This document shows positions 10,072 to 20,164 of a stretch of DNA of 64,000 nt, in pieces. Source of the stretch: Candidatus Latescibacterota bacterium (GTDB lineage Bacteria > Latescibacterota > UBA2968 > UBA8231); contig OZ242005.1 of assembly GCA_965204725.1 (NCBI GenBank), positions 832,001-896,000 on the forward strand. The letters run 5' to 3'. The translations under genes and the position numbers were made by a program. Numbering within the stretch: position 1 is the stretch's first letter; every line of letters starts with the position of its first letter. Below the pieces are notes generated by a model, which saw only the letters and a program-made list of their open reading frames with translations, had not been told where the DNA came from and searched no databases.

Positions 10072-11082
10072 CTAGTGGGATCGGCTGTGGGAAATCCGCG
10101 GGTCGAGCAGCGGATAGAAAAAATCCATCAGCAGAGTCACCAAGCCGATGGACAGGATGAGAATTAGGACCACGCCGTTGATGACCGTATAATCCGAGGC
10201 TTGGATGGCCTGAAAGAGCACCGTGCCGATCCCCGGATAGGCGAAAATCACCTCGACGATGACTTGGCCAGCGACCACGTTGGCCAGCGAAAGCCCCAGC
10301 GCGGTAAGTTGCGGCAGCAGGGCGTTGCGCAGGCCGAAGCGGAAGAAGATCGTGCGGTTGCGCAGGCCATTGGCCTCGGCGAGCGTGATGTAATCCTCGC
10401 CCGAGGTCGAGACCATCATCCCCCGCATCCCCAGTGCCCAGAAGCCGACCTGCTGCAATACGATGGCCAGCGCCGGCAGAATCGAATGGTGCAATAAGTC
10501 GAGGACAAAGGGGAGGTTGAAGATCGCCAACATGCCGGGCGAGTACCCGCCCGAAAGCGGAAAGAGGTTTAGCTTGAGGCCCAATATGTAAATCACGATC
10601 AGCCCCAGCAGGTACGGAGGAATCGCCGACAAAGTCATCATGGGAACCGCCAAGTTGCGCGTAAAGCGCGGCGCCGTCGGCCAAGCCGACAAAGCCCCCA
10701 TGAGCGTCCCCAAGGCAAACCCGAGCAGCACCGAAATGATCATCAGCCCAATGGTCCAAGGCATGGCATTGCCGATGATCTGCCCGACGCGGGCCGGATA
10801 GTTGGCGAGCGAATAGCCCAAGTCGAGCGTAAAGGTGTCGCCGAGAAAGTTGAAGTATTGGACGTAGAGCGGCTTGTCGAGGCCGAACTTGGCCTGATAG
10901 GCCCTCACCATGGCCTCAATACCATCTTGGCGCAAACCACCGCTGGCCGCTAGCTGGCCGAGCTTCTCGCGGATGGGGTCGCGGCCCGTACCCAGCCGCG
11001 GCACAAAGAAGTTCACGCTCGCCGCGGCCCCTACTACGATCAGGAAAAGGGCAACCCTTTTGACGATAAAATTCCAAGACAT
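10072..11082 (-). CDS. ABC permease (OppB-like)
   Basis: FGLDKPLYVQY, DYITLAEANGL, LRNALLP, LLDPRI. Confidence 0.9.
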   Translation of the reverse strand: MSWNFIVKRVALFLIVVGAAASVNFFVPRLGTGRDPIREKLGQLAASGGLRQDGIEAMVRAYQAKFGLDKPLYVQYFNFLGDTFTLDLGYSLANYPARVGQIIGNAMPWTIGLMIISVLLGFALGTLMGALSAWPTAPRFTRNLAVPMMTLSAIPPYLLGLIVIYILGLKLNLFPLSGGYSPGMLAIFNLPFVLDLLHHSILPALAIVLQQVGFWALGMRGMMVSTSGEDYITLAEANGLRNRTIFFRFGLRNALLPQLTALGLSLANVVAGQVIVEVIFAYPGIGTVLFQAIQASDYTVINGVVLILILSIGLVTLLMDFFYPLLDPRISHSRSH

Positions 11083-11144
11083 GAGCAGTTGAGGTGAATT
11101 TTGATTTTGAAAAGTATTTAACCTAGCAAATAAAAATCACTTCG

Positions 11145-12758
11145 TCAATTGCCTCCCCCCTTTACCACCACCACCTCATCCACCGGCAAATCCTCCAGCC
11201 GCCGCACCGCGCCATCGGGCCACACCACTTCCAAGTGCTCCACGCGCTCGGCGCGGCCCACGCCAAAGTGGAGACGCACATCGCTGTGGCCCAAATAGCT
11301 CGCCGCTCCACCGACCTGTCGCACCTGCGTCCGCCCGCCCGCCACCAGCCGCACCCAAGTGCCGACGACTTCCGGTTCGACTTGCACTACGAGATAGCGA
11401 CCAGCGGGCGTCTCATTGCGCAAGAGCGTTGGGCTGTCGTCGATATTGGTCGTGAACAGATCGACATCGCCGTCTTGGTCGTAGTCGCCGCTGATGGTCG
11501 CCCGGCTCGACTTTTGCACCTGTAGCCCGGGGCCGGCCTCTGCCACCGCATAGAAGACGCCCGCTCCCTCGTTGGCGAAAAGCTGGTTGCGCTGGGCGTA
11601 GGTGCCCCCGGCACGGGTGCGGTCCACTTGGGGATAGATGTGACCGTTGGCTACGAACAGGTCCAAGTCGCCGTCGAGGTCCATGTCGAAAAAGCGCGTA
11701 CCCCAACCGAGGTAGCCCACCGTAGGGGCGGCCAAGCCGCGCTCGCTCGTGGCGTCGATAAAGACTCCGCCGCCCGAGTTCAAGTAGAGCGTGTTGGTCT
11801 CGCCGTAGAAGTTGGTCACATACAGGTCTAAGTCGCCGTCGCCGTCGCAATCGCCCGCATCCACCCCCATGCTCGCCTCGGCCTCGCCATCGCCGTTGAA
11901 CGCCACGCCGGCCGCCAAGGCTACGTCGCTCAAGCGCCCGCCGTCGTTGCGGAACAGCACATTGGGCGTCTCGTCGTTGGCCACGAACAGGTCTAAGTCG
12001 CCGTCGAGGTCCAAGTCGGCGGGCACCACGCCCAAGCCGTAGTGGAAATTGGCCGCGGCCACGCCGGACGCGGTCGTGACATCGGCAAATCGGCCGCCGT
12101 CGTTGCGGTAGAGCCGGTCCCGCCCGCCTTCCATGCCCTGCGGCCCGCAAAAGACCCGCAGCCCGCCCAAATAGACGCACAGGTCTGCCAATTCCGGGTC
12201 TTGCAGCACCGGCTCGATGTCGAAGACTACGTAATTGGCCACGTACAGGTCGAGGTCGCCGTCTTGGTCGTAGTCGAAGAACGCCGCGCTCGTGCTGAAG
12301 CCATCACCGGCAACCCCAGCCTGCGCGGTGACCGCGGCAAAGGCCCCGTCGCCGCGATTGCGATAGAGCGCGTTGGCCCCGTAGTTGGTCACATAGAGAT
12401 CGCGCTGCCCGTCGCTGTCGTAATCCCCCACAGCCACCCCCATGCTCCAACTGGAATCTTCGACGCTGGCGACCCGCGCCACAAAGGCCCCGCCATCGTT
12501 GCGGTAGAGCACATTGCCCGGCCCCATGCCATAGTTGGCGTAGGTCGAGCCATTGACCACATAGAGGTCGAGGTCGCCATCTTGATCGCAGTCGAAAAAC
12601 GCCGCGCCACTGCCGGTGGATTCGAGGATGAAGCGCTTGTGCGGGCCGCCGCTGATGGTGGGATGGTCCAAACCGGCTTCCCGCGTCGCATCCACAAAGA
12701 AGGGCTCGGCCCGGGCGCTGACGCCGACGAACAGGAGGGCAAAAATTAGCGCGCACAT
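11145..12758 (-). CDS. CRTAC1/ASPIC-UnbV family FG-GAP repeat protein
   Basis: Signal peptide; repeated DxDxDGDLDLYVxN; C-terminal SYLGHSDVRLHFGVG...WPDG. Confidence 0.9.
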   Translation of the reverse strand: MCALIFALLFVGVSARAEPFFVDATREAGLDHPTISGGPHKRFILESTGSGAAFFDCDQDGDLDLYVVNGSTYANYGMGPGNVLYRNDGGAFVARVASVEDSSWSMGVAVGDYDSDGQRDLYVTNYGANALYRNRGDGAFAAVTAQAGVAGDGFSTSAAFFDYDQDGDLDLYVANYVVFDIEPVLQDPELADLCVYLGGLRVFCGPQGMEGGRDRLYRNDGGRFADVTTASGVAAANFHYGLGVVPADLDLDGDLDLFVANDETPNVLFRNDGGRLSDVALAAGVAFNGDGEAEASMGVDAGDCDGDGDLDLYVTNFYGETNTLYLNSGGGVFIDATSERGLAAPTVGYLGWGTRFFDMDLDGDLDLFVANGHIYPQVDRTRAGGTYAQRNQLFANEGAGVFYAVAEAGPGLQVQKSSRATISGDYDQDGDVDLFTTNIDDSPTLLRNETPAGRYLVVQVEPEVVGTWVRLVAGGRTQVRQVGGAASYLGHSDVRLHFGVGRAERVEHLEVVWPDGAVRRLEDLPVDEVVVVKGGGN

Positions 12759-13421
12759 TTAGCGGGCGCAGCGGAAGCCTATGGTATTGCCCTTGATGTA
12801 CGAATGCGAGTCCTTGGTGTTGGTCCGCTTGTTGCACTGGGTCAAGGTGGGGCCGTTGATCCACGATCCCCCGCGCAGAAACTGCATTTTCTCGCCACCT
12901 TGCGTCCACTCCCACACATTGCCGCCCATATCCAAGAGTCCAAAGGGGCTCGCTCCCTTCGGAAAGGACCCCACCGGCGCGGTCCGCCCGTACCCGTCCT
13001 TGTCGCCGAAGATATTGGCGCGTCCCTCTGCAAAGTCCGCTCCCCACGGGTACTTGCGCGCTTCGGCCCCCGCGCAGGCGAACTGCCATTCCTCCTCGGT
13101 CGGCAGACGCTTGCCCGCCCACTCGCAATAGGCCACAGCCCCGTACCACGACACCTCAATGACCGGATGCCGCGCAAATCCCTCTTTGACCTTATACGCG
13201 CCTTCCTGCTCCACGAGTGCCGTATATCGGCTCCCCAGTTCCACCCAGTATATGCCTTCCACTTTGGCGTTGCCCTTTGCGGTCAAAAACGCGGCGTACT
13301 CCTCGTTGGTCACTTCGTACTTATCTAGGTAAAACCTGTGCTTCTCCCCCTCGATCGCGACCATCTCCCCGTCTGCGGCCGCAACGGCCACCCACAACGC
13401 GATTCCGCAAAGCACCCGCAT
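12759..13421 (-). CDS. FGE-sulfatase (SUMF1/EgtB/PvdO) fold protein, secreted
   Basis: DKYEVTN, HPVIEVSW, KRLPTEEEW, DMGGNVWEW, RGGSW, GFRC. Confidence 0.88.
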   Translation of the reverse strand: MRVLCGIALWVAVAAADGEMVAIEGEKHRFYLDKYEVTNEEYAAFLTAKGNAKVEGIYWVELGSRYTALVEQEGAYKVKEGFARHPVIEVSWYGAVAYCEWAGKRLPTEEEWQFACAGAEARKYPWGADFAEGRANIFGDKDGYGRTAPVGSFPKGASPFGLLDMGGNVWEWTQGGEKMQFLRGGSWINGPTLTQCNKRTNTKDSHSYIKGNTIGFRCAR

Positions 13422-14290
13422 CACTTCTGCTCCGGTCCATCGAGCGCGTATTCCCACACCATTTTGGCAAACCCGTCCTCGGCCAAACTCGGTCCAATCC
13501 GCACGTCCTCCCCGGCCACGGCCGCCTGTACCTCGGCCTTGGCATTCCCCAGTAACACCCCCGTCCCGGCCGCGCGCAACATGGGCAAGTCGTTGTCCGC
13601 GTCCCCGATCGCCAAGGCGCGCTCGGCGCACCCGCCCACCCGCTCGGCCAGCGTCCGCAAGGCCACGCCCTTATCCACGCCCCGGCGCATAAACTCCACC
13701 CGATCGGGCAGCGCCCACGCCGCATAAATCTGATCGCCGCACAACGCCTCAATGTCGGCGATGTGCTGCGCCCGTCGCTTGGGTTCGACCTCCAGCATGA
13801 GCTTGGGCGGTGCGCCCAACTCGCCGCGCTGGCAGCGCACGTATAAATCCATGTCGAGCACCATGCCCGGCCCGCCGAGCGCTTCGAGGTGGTCGATGGG
13901 CCGGACGTGTCGGTACTCTTCGGCGATTCCAGCGACCGTGCGTTCAAATAGGCAGTAGATCAGGTTTAGCCCCTCGGCGCGGCCGTATTCGACTATCTGG
14001 GCAAAGGACGCCTCGTCCAGCCGCTCCTCGCGCAACACCGCGCGCTTTGCCCCCTCGCCCGGCCCGAGTATCACCGAGCCGTTGTAGCCGGCCATGTAGA
14101 GTGCCCGCGCCAAGGCGGGATGGGCCGCAAAACAGTGTTCGGTGCGGAGCATGCTGCGGCCGCTGATGCTCGCTACGGGGATGCCGCGCCCAATCAATTC
14201 CTCGATAGCTGCCGCGGCCGAAGCCGCCAACCGCCCTTCTGAGTCGAGCACCGTGCCATCGAGGTCAAAAGCTACTAGGTCGATCATCAT
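13421..14290 (-). CDS. Cof-type HAD phosphatase
   Basis: FDLDGT, ISGRS, VDKG, IGDADNDLPML. Confidence 0.88.
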   Translation of the reverse strand: MMIDLVAFDLDGTVLDSEGRLAASAAAAIEELIGRGIPVASISGRSMLRTEHCFAAHPALARALYMAGYNGSVILGPGEGAKRAVLREERLDEASFAQIVEYGRAEGLNLIYCLFERTVAGIAEEYRHVRPIDHLEALGGPGMVLDMDLYVRCQRGELGAPPKLMLEVEPKRRAQHIADIEALCGDQIYAAWALPDRVEFMRRGVDKGVALRTLAERVGGCAERALAIGDADNDLPMLRAAGTGVLLGNAKAEVQAAVAGEDVRIGPSLAEDGFAKMVWEYALDGPEQK

Positions 14291-15645
14291 TCCTCCTGTT
14301 GCAAAATTTGCCGGCGCGAGCGCACATGCGCCAACCGCTGTGCCTCGCGCTCGTCGCCCTCGGCCAAAGCAGCGTACGTACGCCACTCGGCCCGCGCCCG
14401 CTCGGGATCTAATTTTTCTAAGGTCGAGGCGAGATGGAAACGCCACAGTGCCCGCTCCGGTTCGAGCCGGACGGCCTCTTCGCCAGCCTGCACGGCCGCG
14501 GCGAGCAAGCCCAACTGCCGATAGACGTCGCCTAGCGACGCAAAAAGCTCGGCGTGGTGTGGATGCGCGACCGTGGCTTGTTTGAACACCTGCACGGCCG
14601 TGCGCAGCCGCCGCTGATGCACGTACAAACCGCCCAACTTCAGGGCCGCGTCCCCTTCCGCGCCGCCCAACGCAATCGCCGCCTTAAACGCCTCTTCGGC
14701 CGCGGCGAGCGCGCCCGTGCGGCTGTGGACGATGCCGATACTCACTTGGACCGCCGCATCCCCGGGCTGTCGATTCGCCAGTTCGCCAAACGCGGCGAGT
14801 GCCGAGTCTAGCCGCCCGGCCGCGCTGTGGATCAAGCCGAGATAGCGATAGACCGGGTGCAAATCGGGATCGGCGGCCCGCGCCCGTTCAAACTGCGCCA
14901 AGGCACCGACGCCGTCCCCCTCCTCCCACAGCAGCCGCCCCAGCTCGTAGTGCAAGACAGCTTCCTCGCTGTCCCCGGCCAAACCTTCGACGAGCGTGGC
15001 GCGGGCGCGTTCCCATTGACCCGCCTCTCTGTAGAGCGCGGCGAGATCGGCCCGGATCCCCGTGTCTTTGGGCGCGGCATCGAGCACCTGCTGCATCAGC
15101 GTCCGCGCCTGTTCGGCCTGCCCCAACCGCACCTCTACGCGCGCTAGGTGGTAGCGCACCTCGGCCTGCTCGGGCGCAAGCTGTAGGGATGCGCGATAGG
15201 CCGCCTGCGCCGCGTGGAGGTTTTCCCGCAAGTGCCCTAGCGCCTGATAGGCGTGGCCCAGCCGTGCGTAAATCTGCGCCGACTGCTCGCCCCGGCGCAC
15301 CGCGTCCTGATAGGCGCGTAACGCCCCGCTATAGCGGCCTTGCGCGGCGAGGCTAAACCCCAGTTCGGCGTAGGCCCGCCCGTCGTCGGGGTGTGCTTCC
15401 ACGAGGCTGCGGTAGAGCGTTGTCGCGTCTTCGTACGCACCGCGCGCCACGTAGAGCGCGGCCAAGAGTGCCGGATCGAGTGCCTGCGCCCGCTCGGCGA
15501 GCCGCTCGGCCTGTGCCAATTCGGCCGGACTCAAGCTCCGCAGCGGCCTACCGCCGATCAGCTCCTGCGCTTGGCGCTGCGCGGTTGGCGCGTCCGGCGC
15601 GGTCGCGCACCCGGCCAACAAAAGCGCCGCGGTCAGCCCCTTCAC
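14287..15645 (-). CDS. TPR repeat lipoprotein
   Basis: Lipobox LLLAGC; serial TPR-like helical repeats. Confidence 0.8.
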   Translation of the reverse strand: MKGLTAALLLAGCATAPDAPTAQRQAQELIGGRPLRSLSPAELAQAERLAERAQALDPALLAALYVARGAYEDATTLYRSLVEAHPDDGRAYAELGFSLAAQGRYSGALRAYQDAVRRGEQSAQIYARLGHAYQALGHLRENLHAAQAAYRASLQLAPEQAEVRYHLARVEVRLGQAEQARTLMQQVLDAAPKDTGIRADLAALYREAGQWERARATLVEGLAGDSEEAVLHYELGRLLWEEGDGVGALAQFERARAADPDLHPVYRYLGLIHSAAGRLDSALAAFGELANRQPGDAAVQVSIGIVHSRTGALAAAEEAFKAAIALGGAEGDAALKLGGLYVHQRRLRTAVQVFKQATVAHPHHAELFASLGDVYRQLGLLAAAVQAGEEAVRLEPERALWRFHLASTLEKLDPERARAEWRTYAALAEGDEREAQRLAHVRSRRQILQQEE

Positions 15646-17708
15646 TGGGTCTCCCCCTCCCTGAGCAACAAGTGCTGGTCGGCCTCAACATCCCGGTACA
15701 CATCAACCTGCCCGCTGGGCCACGCCACCTCAATGCGGTCGGCCTGCACCCGTTGCCCCAAACCAAATTCCAACTCCAAGCTGTTGCTGTTGCCAAAGCT
15801 GTAGCCAGACGCCACTTCGGCAAACTGCATTAGATCGCCGGCATGCACCCAGACCTTGGCGCCAATCCCGTCGCGATTGCTCTCGACGCCTTCCAGCGCT
15901 AGGACCAAGTAGCGATTGCCAAAGCCTTCGCTGCGATAGAACGCGTTGGGCCACTGGTCGCCGGGTTGAGCTCCGCCCACGGGCGCGTACAGGTCGAGGT
16001 CGCCATCGCGGTCGTAATCGGCAAAGGTCACGCCGTGCGATTTGCCCAAGTGCCCCAGCCCGGCGGCTTGGGTCGCATCGGCAAAGGTGCCGTCGGCTTG
16101 ATTGCGGAAAAGCACATCCGGCTCGCGCCGACCCATCTGCGGCCCGCCGTTGCCGAGGTAAATGTCTATATAGCCGTCGTTATCCACATCGCCGGGAACG
16201 CCGCTCATCGTGCCCAGCGCGCGCTCCAGTCCGGCGGCTTGGGTCACATCGGCGAAGGTGCCGTCGCCCCGATTGCGGAAAAGCACCGGCCGGTCACGTT
16301 GGCTCGTCGATTTGCCGGCGACGCGGTCGGCCAGCACTACCGAGTACTGGCTCCAGTTGCCCACGAAAATGTCCAGTGCCCCGTCGTTGTCGTAGTCGAG
16401 GACAAACGTTATAAAGCCGTCGATGTACTCGGCCCCTACGCCGGCCGCGGCCGTCTGATCGGCAAAGGTGCCGTCGCCCTGATTGCGGAAAAGCACATTC
16501 GGCTCGGTGAAATTGCACGCGTACAGATCGGGCCAACCGTCGCCGTCAAAGTCGCCCCACGCTGCGCTCAACGTCTGCCCCTTATGAGCCACCCCGGCGG
16601 CTTGGGCCACATCGGCAAAGGTGCCGTCGCCCCGGTTGCGGTAGAGCACATTGGTTGAGTCCCCGGTCGCGCCCGTGCCATTGGCTACGTAGAGGTCGAG
16701 GACGCCGTCGCGGTTGAAGTCGCTCCACGCCGCGCAAAAGCTCGACCCCGGATCGCCCGTGCCCGACGCTTGGGTCACATCGGCAAAGACGCCCCGGCCG
16801 TCGTTTTGGAACAGCGCGTTCACACCGCCGCCAAACCACCCGTCGCGCGTCACGTACAAATCGGCGTCACCGTCGTTGTCGTAATCGGCCGTCTGCACCC
16901 CAATTCCGCCCTCGGGCAGCACCAACCCGGCAGCCTGCGTCCGCTCGGCAAAGCGCGCGCCATCGTTGCGAAAGTACGCCAAGGCGGGATGGCCGATGAC
17001 GACCAAGTCGAGGTCGCCGTCCTCGTCGTAGTCGGCCCACGCGCTGGCGCGGCCCCCGTCGAACTTATCGACCCCCGCTTCGGCCCCGATTTCGCTAAAC
17101 CGCCCGCCGATTGCTTCCTGCGGCACGGCATCGGCAAAGGCCCCGGTTGCCGGCCGCCCTAATACCTCCTGCAACCACTTCCGATGCCAGCGCAACTCCA
17201 ACGGCTCGGGATGCAACGCCACGGCCTGCTGCAAAATCGAGTCAGCGCGCACATAGTCCTGCTGCCACAGCGCGGCAATCGCCGCCCAGTAGAGCGACTC
17301 GTACCCTTGGGGATCGGCGGCCAGTGCCCGCTGCAAATACCCTTCCGCGGCTGCGAACCGCCCCTCTTCGAGCGCCTCTTTCCCCCGCCCCAAAAACGTC
17401 TCCACTACCAAAGACCGCGCGGCCGTCAATTCAGGGTCTAGTGCCGCGGCCCGTTCTAGCAGCCCCACGCCTTCTTCGATCCGCCCCTGCACGAGCCGCA
17501 CCCTCCCGAGCTGCCAGTAGCCCTCGGCCGCCTCGGGCTCCAGCCGGACGCACTGAGCAAAGGCCCGCTCGGCCGCCCTGAGCCGATAGCGCTCCAACAA
17601 GTCCAAGCCCCGGTAGTACGATTCGCGGAACGCCGCGGAGCGGCCGGCCGGTTCTCGGCAGCCGCTCAGGGCGACGATGGCAAGGGTGGCAATCAGAACG
17701 ACGCGCAT
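15642..17708 (-). CDS. TPR + CRTAC1/ASPIC-UnbV lipoprotein
   Basis: Lipobox ALSGC; N-terminal TPRs; FG-GAP repeats; SNRDGIGAKV...FGLG...WPSG. Confidence 0.88.
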   Translation of the reverse strand: MRVVLIATLAIVALSGCREPAGRSAAFRESYYRGLDLLERYRLRAAERAFAQCVRLEPEAAEGYWQLGRVRLVQGRIEEGVGLLERAAALDPELTAARSLVVETFLGRGKEALEEGRFAAAEGYLQRALAADPQGYESLYWAAIAALWQQDYVRADSILQQAVALHPEPLELRWHRKWLQEVLGRPATGAFADAVPQEAIGGRFSEIGAEAGVDKFDGGRASAWADYDEDGDLDLVVIGHPALAYFRNDGARFAERTQAAGLVLPEGGIGVQTADYDNDGDADLYVTRDGWFGGGVNALFQNDGRGVFADVTQASGTGDPGSSFCAAWSDFNRDGVLDLYVANGTGATGDSTNVLYRNRGDGTFADVAQAAGVAHKGQTLSAAWGDFDGDGWPDLYACNFTEPNVLFRNQGDGTFADQTAAAGVGAEYIDGFITFVLDYDNDGALDIFVGNWSQYSVVLADRVAGKSTSQRDRPVLFRNRGDGTFADVTQAAGLERALGTMSGVPGDVDNDGYIDIYLGNGGPQMGRREPDVLFRNQADGTFADATQAAGLGHLGKSHGVTFADYDRDGDLDLYAPVGGAQPGDQWPNAFYRSEGFGNRYLVLALEGVESNRDGIGAKVWVHAGDLMQFAEVASGYSFGNSNSLELEFGLGQRVQADRIEVAWPSGQVDVYRDVEADQHLLLREGETQ

Positions 17709-17804
17709 AGCAAAAACAACATCCGCTGTCTTTTGCCTGCTGTCAATTTCTAGTACGTTGTTGCGTTCCGTTTGCCATTCCCTCACCCATAAAGGAGCAC
17801 CACA

Positions 17805-18917
17805 ATGAGATGGACCCTCTTCCTCGCGACCTTCCTCTGGACGGCTTTGCCTAGCCCGGCCGCAGACCGCCCCCGCCTCGTACTCGATGGCCAAGCAGCC
17901 GTGTTAGTCGTCGATTTAGGCGGTGGCTCCATTGCCGATTTCCACCTCAAAAGCAACCCGCTCAACCCCCTGCAATGGGACTCTTGGTCCTTCGGCGACA
18001 CCCCGGACCAAGCACCGCCCATCGAGCCGCGCTCCATGGGGCACTTCCTCTGCCTCGACCGCTGGGGGCCGGCCACCCAAGCCGAGCAGGCCCACGGCAT
18101 GGGCTGGCACGGCGAGGCCACGCGCGTCTGGTGGACCCAAGATGCGGACATCCGCGCCGAGGACGGCTTTCTCCTAGCCGACCTGTCGGCCGAGTTGCCC
18201 CTAGCGGGCCTTGAGGTCGCACGCTCGATCCGCATGAGTCAGGAGCAGGCCGTCTTTGCGGTCGCCGAGGCCGTTACCAACACGCGCCATTTGGGCCGCG
18301 TGTACAACATCGTCCAGCACCCGACCATTGGCCCGCCCTTTTTGGACGAGAGCACCCGCGTTGACGCCAACGGCACGCGCGGCTTCATGCAGGAAACGCC
18401 CATGCCGACGCCAGAGGACCCGGAGGTGCGCTGGCCCTACGCCCGCAAAAAGGACGGCACCGAGGTCGATATGCGCCATTTGACGGATGACGCCGCCCCG
18501 GCCGTGGTGTCCTATATCGTCGAAGAGGAATACGGCTGGACCACGGCCATCAACGCCGGCCAAGGGCTGCTGATTGGCTATATATGGCCGATGGCGGATT
18601 ATCCGTGGTTCGACGCTTGGCGGCACGTCCGCGACGGCAAGCCCTTTGCTCGCGGCTTGGAGTTTGGCACCACGGGCCTCCACCAGCCCGGGCCGGTACT
18701 CGTCCAAAAGGGCCACATCTTTGGCCGGCAAATTTTGCGCTTCATCGATGCCGACGAGACCCAAGTTTTCACCTACGCCAACTTCCTCATGCCGATTCCC
18801 CCAGACTTCGCCGGCGTCGCTGATGTCGAATACGCCGCCGGGCAACTCGTGGTGCGCGAGGACGGCGGTCAGGGTCGAGAACTGACGATGGAAGTGGGGG
18901 CGCTTTTTGCGTGGTGA
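17805..18917 (+). CDS. Secreted hypothetical protein, possibly aldose-epimerase-like fold
   Basis: AAAGGAG RBS, signal peptide; GHFLCLDRWG, HGEA, QHPTIG, GLEFGT. Confidence 0.6.
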   Translation: MRWTLFLATFLWTALPSPAADRPRLVLDGQAAVLVVDLGGGSIADFHLKSNPLNPLQWDSWSFGDTPDQAPPIEPRSMGHFLCLDRWGPATQAEQAHGMGWHGEATRVWWTQDADIRAEDGFLLADLSAELPLAGLEVARSIRMSQEQAVFAVAEAVTNTRHLGRVYNIVQHPTIGPPFLDESTRVDANGTRGFMQETPMPTPEDPEVRWPYARKKDGTEVDMRHLTDDAAPAVVSYIVEEEYGWTTAINAGQGLLIGYIWPMADYPWFDAWRHVRDGKPFARGLEFGTTGLHQPGPVLVQKGHIFGRQILRFIDADETQVFTYANFLMPIPPDFAGVADVEYAAGQLVVREDGGQGRELTMEVGALFAW

Positions 18918-18957
18918 CCGTGCGCGCCAACGGCCCGGATTGCGTGGAGGCGGGCCC

Positions 18958-20149
18958 TTTTTACCTGCGTCGCACCAAGGAGGCGATGGTGTACTTCCCG
19001 GAGCCTCAGACGGACGGAACGTGGACTGCGAATCCGGTCTTCACCAAGCGCATCCCGCGCACCGCGAATTTCGCCATAGATGGCTCAGAGCTCGCGCTCT
19101 ACCAAAAGGTCACGCGGTTTGTGAAACAGCAGAGTGCGCGCGCTGCGGCCCAAGACGACGACCTGCGGGCTCGGGCGGTCGGTTTCCTGATGTCCCTGTA
19201 CCAGCGACGCCTTGCCTCTAGTGCCTACGCTATGCGGCGGTCGCTCGAAAACCGGGCAAGGCGTCTGGAGGATGGCCTCAAACGCGCTCAAGCACTCGTG
19301 CGGACCGCGCCCGACCTAGACGACTTGGAGGAATTGGAAGATCCCGAGCGCGAGCGTCTAGAGAAAGCACTAGAGGCCGTCACACTGGCCGACAACGCCG
19401 AACAGACCCGCCAAGAGATCGGCCAACTGCTCCAACTCGCTCAAGAGGCCAAGGGCATCGAAGCCTCGGGCCGCGAGACCAAACTCGGACACCTCCGCTC
19501 CATCATGCAGAAGGAGGGGTTCTTTGACCGGCCCGATCAGCGTCGGCTGCTTTTCACCGAGTTCAAGGACACCCTCGACCACCTGATGGAGCACTTGCAA
19601 GCCTGGGGCTTCCGCGTCGGCTGTATCCACGGCGGCATGAAGTCCGGCTCGCGCGACGAACCGGGGAGCCGGCTCTACACCGAACAGCAGTTCCGCGACG
19701 GCACGATCCAAGTCTTGGTCGCCACCGAGGCCGCCGGTGAAGGCATCAACCTTCAGTGCTGCCACATCCTCTTCAATTACGACATCCCTTGGAACCCCAA
19801 CCGGCTCGAACAGCGCATGGGCCGCATCCACCGCTACGGCCAGCGGCGCGATTGCCTAATTTTCAACTTCGTGGCCACCAACACCATTGAGGGGCGGGTG
19901 ATTCGCGAGCGGTTGTTCACTGTGGAGTTGGCAGACGACGGCGATCCCGTTCTGTGCGAGCCGGATGTCCTCGGCAATTTTAGCCCTACGGCTGGTCCGG
20001 GCGATCTACCGCCGGTAGCCGTGCGGTTCCCGTGGCACGAGGTCACCCAAGTCGCTCACTACTATCTGAGCGTTGACGCGATCAAGCAGCCGGTGGAAAT
20101 TCGGGAAGGCCAAAAGACCTCCGAAAAATGGAAAACACGCGATGAATGA
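18958..20149 (+). pseudogene. SNF2-like helicase (DUF3883-ended type), internally deleted
   Basis: Has LRRTKE, LLFTEFKDT, ATEAAGEGINLQ, WNPNRLEQRMGRIHRYGQ; no Walker A or DEAH; abrupt jumps after NTIEGRV and before VRFPWHEV. Confidence 0.8.
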
Positions 20150-20150
20150 G
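20019..20150 (+). repeat. Helicase 3'-end direct repeat, copy 1
   Basis: 132 bp, 4 mismatches versus 21703-21834. Confidence 0.95.
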
Positions 20151-20164
20151 TTCTGAGGCGGACC

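Noticed and set aside
9209-10759. N-terminal extension of the 851-aa ORF, and other long overlapping ORFs (e.g. 6067-7122, 49771-51021, 55754-56887)
   Set aside because: Shadow frames of high-GC genes; the real starts have motif and coupling support
12759-12900. DGR variable region in the FGE-fold (C-type lectin) genes, also near 59200
   Set aside because: No reverse transcriptase and no adenine-variant template repeat seen in the window
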